Shown here piece by piece: positions 10,950-20,310 of a DNA stretch of 64,000 nt. Source of the stretch: Savitreella phatthalungensis. Its lineage: Eukaryota. How positions within the stretch are numbered: the first letter of the stretch is position 1; each line of letters starts with the position of its first letter. The notes under the pieces are model-generated. The model saw only the letters and a program-made list of their open reading frames with translations. It did not search any database and was not told the DNA's origin. Position numbers and translations under genes: made by a program. Location of the stretch: NCBI GenBank assembly GCA_051599415.1, contig AP039693.1, forward strand, positions 372,001 to 436,000. The letters are read 5' to 3'.

Positions 10950-11611
10950 TTTGCCAATTGACAGCGTCCGAACGAATGAGTGTGAGGCTGTACGTTTGAT
11001 GAAGACGTTGTGCAACGTTGGCGAAAGGATCCGACGAATGATTGCCAGCCTGGTAGCTCGGCGTCGTCTGTGCTCGACGCGGACCGATTGTCAGGATGTG
11101 TGTAATGATTGCCAGCTCAGTCAACTGCTTCCAGGCTAGTGATCGGAAGATTGAGCTCGCGGAAAAGGTGGTGGGCGAGTATGATTCGTGGTCTGGTGTT
11201 GGTCTGAGTGTTGATGAGACCTTCAATGTTCCACGTTAAAGAGATTACACCGAGTCTAATCGGGTGGACCGGAATGGAGCTTCCGAGGCTTCGGAAAGGT
11301 CTTTCCTCAGAGCGGGCTCGAAGTGAGCGATGTTCTCCATACGTAACCTCTATCGATATGATCGATCATGCATGACCAAGGAGATCAATTGATTGATCAC
11401 AGCTAGGCTGGATACATCCACGTACTTGACTATAATTAATTGATAGATCGTGCATCGAGCAGTCATCTATATAATCTATATATAGCTGTATGTACTGCAG
11501 GATGGATGATCAATAGATAGATAAGGCATGATACTCCTCGATCGATATGTCCGTCATCTGAGATTGTCAACAGTATATACACCATGCACAATTCAAAGTC
11601 CATCTAGTATA

Positions 11612-11682
11612 CCAGTGCAGTACACAACATAGTACACAGCACAGTACACAGCACATTACGCAGTGAACAACGCAGTACAGTG
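11612..11682. repeat. Degenerate CAGTA/CACAG pentamer tandem repeat
   Basis: ccagtgcagtacacaacatagtacacagcacagtacacagcacattacgcagtgaacaacgcagtacagtg. Confidence 0.55.
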
Positions 11683-12115
11683 CTGCAAAATTGACTTTGT
11701 GGGGAAAGAGTCAGATCGACTAGACTCATACTGCTAATACTGTTTAGTAGGTATCTATCTATACTGTTAACTATAAATTTACATGTGTATTATAATTCAT
11801 ATGAGTTCTATATCTGTATATCTAAATTAAATTTATGTATCTGCGGACAGGATTCAAACCAAATTTAGCCTCCAAGACAAAGCTGCGTCTCGAATGCAGA
11901 GTAACAAGTCACTGGACTTCCTCAGACTCTTCATCCTAAATCTTCCTCTAACTCTTCACTTCAAACCATACCCACAGAAGCACAAGAGTCTCATTGATTC
12001 TTTTAACAACATCCCTCTTGTCAATCTTCAACGACAATCATACACTCTCTTGTACACATCACACCGCTCTCCTTTGATAACACACGTCATTTCCCTGGCC
12101 CGTGTGTCACCAACA

Positions 12116-13089
12116 ATGTCAGCAACAAGTGACGCCATCAGCCAGTGCAGTCTCTCCCCAGCTTGTTATGACATTCCAGTCCGGCATTCAAAACTGTGGT
12201 ATTCGATACTGACGCGTTACGTCAAGCGTGCCACAGAGATCAGAGTCAGTTGATTCCTCCATTCACGCCATTATACAATTGCTGACGAGCGCCAGGATCT
12301 CGAGGTCCTTCTTTTGGTAAGCACTATCTGCTCTGAAGAACCCGTCTTCATGCAGTAGAGATGTGACAGCGATGTTGACACAGACACTGACCTGTATCTT
12401 GACCAGAGCTGTAATGAGGACGATGGGAGTGGAAGCGCACGCATGCTCTCGGAGCGAGAGCTCAGCCTTTTCAAGCGGCTCATCATGCGCAGTACTATGC
12501 ACGCAACGCTGAAATCGATGACTTTAGCCGCGGCCGACCCGTCACTGCGCATCAAGCTTTTGTGTCGGCACTTGACAGAGATTCGACAAGCCTCCATGTG
12601 TAAGTTCACCGTTTGCCCCATGCGAACGTTCTGCGGGACTGATAAATTTCAGCAGCCGAGAAAAAGAAGAAGAAGGAGCCACCCCAAACGCAAGCTGCCT
12701 TCAATGCCCTCGCACAAGCCAGAAAGACCTCGACGCCAGTCCTGGTTACAACTCCACGCAGTCTGCCAGCAACTGCGTTTGTCCACGCCGACATTCCACA
12801 TCCCATCACCCTGTCAAGTACATTCGAGGCTGATGGAGATTCAACAGCTCATGCAGAGTCGCTGTCGGCCGAAGAGGTGAGCGACACCACGAATCGCGCA
12901 TTGAGCCACTACCATAATCCGCAGCGACGGCACGACAGAGCATCAAACTGTCTGAGCAGTCCAGTGCATTCGACGCGCGTTCCTGGCGCGTCAAATGCAT
13001 CAGCCAGCGCCGGTCGAGAAGCGCACACATACCACGAGGCTGTCCACAGTGCCAGATTAGAGCAGCAGGCATGGTCTTACGCTGCCTGA
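12116..13089 (+). CDS. Four-exon hypothetical protein with no recognised family
   Basis: Exons 12116-12244, 12296-12316, 12407-12599 and 12653-13089. Introns are gtcagt..ctgac..cag, gtaagc..ctgac..cag and gtaagt..ctgat..cag. The spliced frame is open from ATG to TGA. Confidence 0.7.
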
Positions 13090-13111
13090 CACTAATGGGC
13101 TCATGAGTTGC

Positions 13112-13585
13112 CTAAAACCTGCCAGCAAAGAAGTTTTTCCTCTTGATAGCATCACGATTCTTCTTGCGCATCGCTTTGCTGTCACCCATCTCTGACTTGG
13201 CGAGCTGTGCCTGTGCCTGTGCCTCCTTCAAACTCGACTCGCCCTCGGCACCATCGACGAGTGACCAAACCCATTCAGGATACTCCTCGTCGCGCAGAGC
13301 GACAGGGTCGCTTCCAGTCTTGAGAATGTTCAAGCCCTTGAGCGTCGTTCCTGCTGAAACGCTCGAAGCCGGACGGCCGGGCGCTGCAGGCTCTTCACCA
13401 CCGCTCTCCGTTGTTGAGAGATCGCTCCTGGCAGGAGACGGTGTGCCAGGCGTGCTAAATGGCTGTGCAGAGCTACTTGCAGAGTCACTAGCCGATGGCC
13501 TGTTGACGGTGGTCTGAGTCGAGGCACTCCGGTACGCAACCGCTGTCCTCTGTAGCGACCTTATCTGCACCTTCAGTCTTAGCAT
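13112..13585 (-). CDS. MRPL37: Mitochondrial large-subunit ribosomal protein mL54
   Basis: SSVSAGTTLKGLNILKTGSDPVALRDEEYPEWVWSL and C-terminal RKKNRDAIKRKNF. A presequence-like ATG start (MLRLKVQIRS) is at 13585. Confidence 0.9.
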   Translation of the reverse strand: MLRLKVQIRSLQRTAVAYRSASTQTTVNRPSASDSASSSAQPFSTPGTPSPARSDLSTTESGGEEPAAPGRPASSVSAGTTLKGLNILKTGSDPVALRDEEYPEWVWSLVDGAEGESSLKEAQAQAQLAKSEMGDSKAMRKKNRDAIKRKNFFAGRF

Positions 13586-13934
13586 TCTGATCCACAGATG
13601 CCTTCTTGCTTTGACACTTTCCTCGACGAGTCGTCTCTTGAGAGTCTTGATTGGTGACCTTTTGCCCTTGCTTCCTTGTCTGCGAGCTCTTCGAACCTTG
13701 AAGATCGACCGACTGCAGGAAATCTTCAATGCAGATGAATATACACGTGCACGTGGAACATTTATGCAGCTTTCAATTTTCAACCTTCCCTCAAACTCGA
13801 TTGAGCTTCAGTCTATCATCACAGAAACTCTCTACTTCTACCAATGCCATGCTCCTGTGAAGAAGAAGTCTGACGATATATTCGTCCTCTCTGAGCCGCT
13901 CTAAGAGAGGAGTCAGCATAGACTGCAAGACAGC

Positions 13935-15050
13935 ATGGGAGGAGGTCAAGGCATGAGTGCAGCTGCACCCAGAATCATTCGCACATTTGCAGAATACAGG
14001 GCATGGCGAGCGTCCCTGCCACTCATCACCACCTCATTATCTCGAGGTACTCAAACCACCAGCCATGTCGCTGCTGCGGCTCCTTCCGGTCGACCGCCGA
14101 CGATCGGATTTGTACCGACGATGGGTGCCTTGCATGCCGGACATTTGGCACTCGCCCGTCGTGCACGAGCAGAGACGGATTTGGTTGTGATGAGCATCTT
14201 TGTGAATCCGGCTCAATTTGCACCGACAGAAGACCTGTCGAGGTATCCGCGAACCTTGGAAGCCGATCTGGCGAGAATTGCCGAGACCGCCGAGACGTCA
14301 GGTCCTACAAGTCCCCACCCGCCACGGTCAGCTGTCGACGTCCTCATCCTTCCACAAGCACATGAGCTCTACCCGACAGGAATCGTGCAAGAGGTCTCTT
14401 CGCAACGCGGTGCTTTCATTAATGTTCATGGCCTGTCAGAGCAGCTGGAGGGCAGCGTGAGACCTCACTTCTTCCGCGGGGTAGCTACGGTCGTTCACAA
14501 GTTGCTGGCAGGTGTGCGACCTGATGTGCTGTACCTCGGTCAGAAGGACGTGCAGCAGAGCGTGGTCGTGAAACGAATGATGACAGATCTGCTCTGGCAC
14601 CTCGACACCTCCCTAAGGATAGGTGAGACCGTCAGGGAATCTGACGGTCTTGCCATGTCGTCTCGAAATGTCTATCTTTCCCCAGAAGCTCGCAAGACCG
14701 CGCCCATCCTTCACCAGGCTCTCGCAACAGCCAAACGAGCATACACCGATAGCGGCGAACGCGATGCCGAGCAAATACGAGGTATTGCACGCGCTGTGCT
14801 CGAGCGTGCGAACGCTCCAGGCGCGACGCAAGTGGAGATTGAGTACGTGAATGTAAACGACAACGTGGACTTGGCCGATTGGCAAGGGCCCTTGCCCTCT
14901 CCTCCTCCACCTGCACGCGGAGATCTCAAGCAGCAACAGCAGAAGATTGCTATCCTCTCGGCAGCCATCAGACTCGGCAACACCCGAATCCTCGACAATG
15001 TATTGCTCAACGGTACCGTCGACGACCTGTCTCTGGAGCGTCAGACCTGA
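13935..15050 (+). CDS. PAN6: Pantoate--beta-alanine ligase
   Basis: GFVPTMGALHAGH, SIFVNPAQF, RPHFFRGVATVV, GQKD, GLAMSSRN and TRILDN. Confidence 0.97.
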   Translation: MGGGQGMSAAAPRIIRTFAEYRAWRASLPLITTSLSRGTQTTSHVAAAAPSGRPPTIGFVPTMGALHAGHLALARRARAETDLVVMSIFVNPAQFAPTEDLSRYPRTLEADLARIAETAETSGPTSPHPPRSAVDVLILPQAHELYPTGIVQEVSSQRGAFINVHGLSEQLEGSVRPHFFRGVATVVHKLLAGVRPDVLYLGQKDVQQSVVVKRMMTDLLWHLDTSLRIGETVRESDGLAMSSRNVYLSPEARKTAPILHQALATAKRAYTDSGERDAEQIRGIARAVLERANAPGATQVEIEYVNVNDNVDLADWQGPLPSPPPPARGDLKQQQQKIAILSAAIRLGNTRILDNVLLNGTVDDLSLERQT

Positions 15051-15204
15051 GCAGTCAGTAAGAGCGCTGTCCAGGAAGCCAGGACAATGAAAGTCAAGGA
15101 TGACAAGAACGACATGATGTTTGATGGACGAAGGGCATCATTGCCCCGAAAATAAATGTATGAATGGTTGGTAGAATTGGGGAGAGCATAAACATACGGG
15201 TCAT

Positions 15205-17220
15205 TCATTCCTCGCCGACAACGTCGAGGTAGAGTTGCGTCCTGACGAACTTTGCCACAGAGTCTGTAGCCATTAGACGGAAGACTTGCCGTTGAGCGCG
15301 ATCATACAGTTCAGAGACTTTTGAGAGTGTTTCGATCATGACAGTAGCTTGAGCGCGATTATCATCTGACGTCGCAATGCCATGTGTCATGACATTCGAC
15401 ATATCGGCCCTCAACTGATGGTCGAGATTGAGCTCGCATGGAGAGCCCGCTGCGAGGTATGCGTTGTAGATCGAGTAAGCTCGTGCTAGAGCTTCACTCA
15501 CATCGGCAGGCTGGCGAGCCAGCCGGACCTGCTTGCTGAACTCGACGACGGCCATGTAGAAAGACAAGTTCTCTTCGCAGAAATTGTCACTCAGGAATTC
15601 TCTGAATTGCGAGCGCAAGGCTGGATCAGACAGAATCGTGTTCAGTCGATCGGTGTTGGTCTCACGAGGACCGCCGCCAGCGACGGTCGTCGCGACCGTG
15701 GACTGAACTCCAATCGATGAGCCACCGAAGCTGGATGCGCGACCTCCTAGTTGCGGAGAGCCCATGGACTTGCTTTCATCGCTATCGACACCACTGTCGC
15801 GATCGGCTCTGGTGATTGGCTCGGGCGTAGACGATTGCGCGGCGCGCAAGCCTCTTGCAGAACCTCTCGCAACGCTGGCGCCTTTGCTGAGCACCGATGG
15901 ACCTGCGGGACCACTGCGAACGGAGCCATCACTTCCAATGCGTCGAACATCTGCCGGTAGCGATGTGGTGCCAGCTTCCCATCCGGCCACTCGTCTTCCC
16001 TTAAGCGTCACGTTGTATATCGCGCTTCTGGAATCTCTTATCGACTCGAGATTATTGTTATAGCGACCTCGTGTGTCGTATACATACCCCATTAGTCCTG
16101 TCTGGATAAATGTGTTTGCCAACCCGCGAGCCTCATCATCGTCCAGGCATGACGTGCACTCCATCAGGTAGTTTATGGCAGATCGGCCGGAGAAAGACCA
16201 GCGCACAACCTGGTCGCCAGATTTACGCGTTTCGACGATTTTGACACCAGCCAGTGAGTCTGTGTAGCCTGTGTACGCATCGACGTCCATTTTGTCAAAC
16301 ACGCTCTTGGTATTGGGTTTTTTTCCAACGAAGCGTCTGAAGGCAATCTCAACGCAGGATTTCGAGCGGAAGATCGCATCTGTATCGGGATCCCGCTCGA
16401 GAGACAGTATGTTGACAGTATTTCGTCCTGATTGTAGAAGCGCTGCCACATGGTCGGCGACTATGCCATTGAGTTGAACAAAGCGACCCAGCTTGCAGAT
16501 CCCCTTGGGCGTCAGCTGCCACAATAACTTGTCTTTGAATGTGGTCACACCTTTATCGGTCGCGCATTCGATGAATCGAGCATCGATGAAGCGTGAGCAC
16601 AGGGCTTTAGCCATGTCTTTCGCCATACTGAAGGTTGTAGTCGTCGTTGTAGTGACAATCCTGTTCGGCTCTTGTGGGTCCGGCATGCGATTGCTCTGCG
16701 CGAACTTCAGATTGGACAGGTTCATCACTGCCTCTTCCGTTGTAAAGGAGTGTTGATAGCTGCGAAATCGAGACCGGTGTGTCGTCAAGCCTAGACTAAC
16801 CGCGAGCGTACCGAACAGGTCATTGAAATCTGTTGCAAAAGGCCTGCCATCTGGCGTGACCTTCATGATACGCGTACTCGTCTGATGCATTTTCTTCTCC
16901 ACGCCATTCGTAGCAAACCCAAATGCGCTACTGCTGCGACTCTGGGTAGCAGCAGGGTGGACAGGCGAGATAGGATCTGTCACGAAACTCGTCGGTGTGC
17001 CTGTAGTGACAGAACGATCATTGATGGAGTCGTCATGCCCAATTCGCGTGGGCTGCTGCTGGATTGACGTCCTTCGAACAGCATTCTCGCTCCTCTGAAT
17101 GGGTGAGGTCAGAGACGCAGACAATTGTGCGCCATTTGAATCAGCCGGCTCGAAGAAAAGCTGAGATGAAGGTATCTGGAACGGCTGCGCAGTAGCTTTC
17201 TGGACCGCTGCTGCGCTCAT
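15205..17220 (-). CDS. flbA: Regulator of G-protein signalling with DEP-DEP-RGS architecture (FlbA/Sst2/Rgs1 type)
   Basis: MHQTSTRIMK..DGRPF..DF.DLF, SNRMPDP..PNRIVTTTTTTTFSMAK and the RGS box FREFL...FCEENLSFY...YL..GSPCELN. First ATG at 17220; the frame is open further upstream (TTG at 17385). Confidence 0.92.
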   Translation of the reverse strand: MSAAAVQKATAQPFQIPSSQLFFEPADSNGAQLSASLTSPIQRSENAVRRTSIQQQPTRIGHDDSINDRSVTTGTPTSFVTDPISPVHPAATQSRSSSAFGFATNGVEKKMHQTSTRIMKVTPDGRPFATDFNDLFGTLAVSLGLTTHRSRFRSYQHSFTTEEAVMNLSNLKFAQSNRMPDPQEPNRIVTTTTTTTFSMAKDMAKALCSRFIDARFIECATDKGVTTFKDKLLWQLTPKGICKLGRFVQLNGIVADHVAALLQSGRNTVNILSLERDPDTDAIFRSKSCVEIAFRRFVGKKPNTKSVFDKMDVDAYTGYTDSLAGVKIVETRKSGDQVVRWSFSGRSAINYLMECTSCLDDDEARGLANTFIQTGLMGYVYDTRGRYNNNLESIRDSRSAIYNVTLKGRRVAGWEAGTTSLPADVRRIGSDGSVRSGPAGPSVLSKGASVARGSARGLRAAQSSTPEPITRADRDSGVDSDESKSMGSPQLGGRASSFGGSSIGVQSTVATTVAGGGPRETNTDRLNTILSDPALRSQFREFLSDNFCEENLSFYMAVVEFSKQVRLARQPADVSEALARAYSIYNAYLAAGSPCELNLDHQLRADMSNVMTHGIATSDDNRAQATVMIETLSKVSELYDRAQRQVFRLMATDSVAKFVRTQLYLDVVGEE

Positions 17221-17469
17221 GAAGGGCGCTGAGGTGAAGACGCCAGCTGGAGGCGAAGCAGAAAGCGCTGCCTCGGATGAGGGTGTGAATCGGATGGACT
17301 GACTGGTCCTGACGTCGTCACCCTGCCCTACCCCTGCCGTCGTTGTGACGCCTGACGGAGAGCGCTGTTCAGATGACAGGGGCAATGTATCGAGAGCTTG
17401 TCGACTTGTAATGATGGTAGCGACGTGTAAAATGTTGAGGACGTCACTAGGAAAGCGAGGTATACCGAT

Positions 17470-17498
17470 GTCGTTGTCGTCGTCGTCGTCGTCGTCGT
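17470..17498. repeat. (GTC)n microsatellite
   Basis: gtcgttgtcgtcgtcgtcgtcgtcgtcg, upstream of the RGS gene. Confidence 0.8.
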
Positions 17499-20310
17499 GT
17501 CACAATTCAAAGAGCGGTCGAGGGGGCAATGCGATTGAGACCGAACGGCTCAGAAGCGCAGACGAACTACTTGCGAGGTCTGTGCAAGGTCGCACAAGAC
17601 CAGTAGGATGATGTACACCGAGAGCTCGCAAGAATAGATCAGTAGATGCGATCTCTCTCCGATCGAGCACCAGCAGTCCGAAAGCTAGAACTTCAGAATT
17701 ACACAACCAGAACTCGTCTTCCTACCAGGTTGGGGTTGCCTGCGGAAGCCAATGGGAAGCGCTCCGTGGAATGCTTTGTCTGAGACAAAAGAGTTGTGAC
17801 AAAAGCGCGGCCTGCGCGCCGTCAAAACTCAGGACAGCAAACGTCAATGAGAGGATAGGTGTATGACCTCTAGGAATCGCTGCCGTACGAAGACTTGTAG
17901 CGGTCTTCAACACAGCAGACGTCCTGACCTGTGCGCTTCTACAGTCCTCGTCTGAAGAGAACTACACAAGAGCGAGGGAACAGGTTCCGGACAAAGCCCG
18001 TACAATCACAGACAGCGTGCGCTTGGGCAAGATTGAGCTCTGACCTTACAAAGGCAATTCCGGGTGATCTCAGAATCAACTGAGCGCAAAGGCAGTTGAA
18101 TTGATCATGAAGGGGGGGAAAAGGCTTCTGTCAGAGAGCCAGATTAAGGCTTTGCAGATGGCGCTCGATGAGAGTTTGTACCAAGTCGGAATGAAGTCAA
18201 AGCAAGCAAGTCACGGACCTGCGGAAATAAGGACAGACGTAGCAAAGCTGGTTTGATTGTTGTCCAGAAGAATGTCAACCGAATGCAGGTCAGCAGGCAG
18301 GTAAAGCTCAAAACGGAATTCCCCATCTTCTTCTTGAGGAAGCATCAATGAAGCTGACCATTTGTTCTTGATTAGATGAATCAGGCCATCATTGGAGCGG
18401 GAAGAAATAAGCCTCAATAAGAGGGCACCAGAGACCTGGAAGTCAGGTATTAAGCCAAAAGCAAATCCCTAGACTGTAGACCGTGTAGAAATATTGTCAA
18501 ATGTCCAACTTCCGAACCGTCGATCTGCTAGTGAGTGTGATGATGTTGACTTGAACAGACTCCGGTCTATCACCATTGAGTAGACGGTGTATAAAGCTGC
18601 CCTCATTAGCAATCGCACCTGTGTGAGATATTAGCAGCTTTCTAAAGTACTGACAGTGGTCAAACATTCTGGCTGGTGCCTTTGATTGATCCTTTGACGC
18701 CTTGCTCATCCTCCTAGCAGGTGGGAGAGTGAGGATCAATCAGACCAGATTCAGCTGATCAACACTGTTTTCCCTTGCCAGCACGACTCGTTTCCGTCTA
18801 AATAAATGCACCACGACCCAGCTATGTCATGGGTAAGCCGCCGTTCTCCCTGCTCAGCTAGCCATCAGAAAGTGATCTAATGCTCTTCCACTTTCTCCGC
18901 CTCCGCCATTTTCTGGTCCAATTATACTGAACAATCTCAGTCTAATGAATCATCCAGCTAAACACGGAACTCAAATTGAGTTGAACGAACCAAACTGGTA
19001 CTGTTTACCAAGTCAATCATGCTGACAACACAATCCATCCGGTGCTGATGCTAAGGACGATCGACTGCGACTGATAGAATTAGAACCAACTTGCCATTGT
19101 TCTCCCTTTACAAACTGTGTCAACAGCTCTCATATCCTCATTACCGAGAAACGTGGTCAGTATCACATGCTTGACTTTCACGTTTCCCACATATATGCAG
19201 TTCAACTTGACTTGATCAGAGCAGTGGAACTGCAGAAGGCTGGGAGTTTGTGACTCGCGTAGCGCGTCGCTATTGAATTCACCTGAGCGGAGCCCATATG
19301 CATCGTCAAAGATTGCCTTATTGCGCGGGAGCCGCTTCTGTCCAGTGACTGGTCAATGGATCTGTAGACGAGGGGCACCATCACATCATCCCTCGGATAG
19401 CGGCATAAGCATTCTAGGCGGACACATTCCTCACATACTTCCGAGCACGACTTGTGCAAAATAGCGCTCTACTGAACCGCTCCCAAGATCTGGGGATACA
19501 TGAGTTGCGGTGTCGAGTGACCATGGTCTTTGCATGGGTCCCATTGCGAAAGATTCAGGCGCTCAATGTTCAGCTGTACCGCACGAGCCCTTCCAATAAT
19601 TTTGATTGTGTATGCGTTGAACAGTGTGGCCTTCAAACAGTTCGAGGACTCCGAGCCCCCACTCAGGCCGCGCAATGCATAGAATTTGTCGCTTTCAGCT
19701 TCCTAGAAAGTGGAAAGGGGCAGGCGATCATTTCCGATGAGACTCCTACGGACGCATAGAAGTTAACTATCAATCGAGCTATCAGCATTTCAACATCCTC
19801 AATATCTTTCGTTGTCACATGCTCGGCCATCGATCCCGACTGCATAACAGCGAATGAAATACTGCGCATCGAATCTATCGTCGGCTGGGTTGATTCGAGA
19901 CCAATCCGTGGCTGCAGCTTCATTGTTGAGCTGGAGCACACTACTGGACTGGCAACAACCACGGTTTGTGACTCTGTCAAGCCCGTCCAGCAATCAATGG
20001 ACAATCAGAGCCATTTAACCTAGGGTTGATTGGTAGCAGAATCGATATCTTCTCGCTGCATAATTATCAAACGCGACCCACACCCTCAAGTGATGCACGT
20101 GTTGTCGATCAATTGAAAACTCAACACCTCTATGCACATATGTGAAGACACTCCCGTGGGAGCCCCCACACAAACGTCATACTCAAAACGCCTGTATGAA
20201 CAGAAGTCACGGGCTGTCTGTTGCATCTGTCATCATCGCTTGAGTGACTGTGATATTTTCAAAGCTTGACCGGTAGGCGTAGGCGTTCATTGCTACTTGG
20301 AGGCGCCAAG

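Noticed and set aside
11850..11860. B-box-like GGTTTGAATCC on the minus strand
   Set aside because: It mismatches the invariant C of the B box and has no tRNA body.
8300..13100. Possible MSDIN/POPB-type cyclic peptide (RiPP) cluster around the prolyl oligopeptidase
   Set aside because: No precursor with a leader and Pro-flanked core, and no tailoring enzymes or transporters nearby.
19395..19445. CEECVRLECLCRYP, resembling half of a Zn2Cys6 cluster
   Set aside because: The first half of the motif is absent and the segment begins at a GTATGT donor-like site, so it is probably chance.
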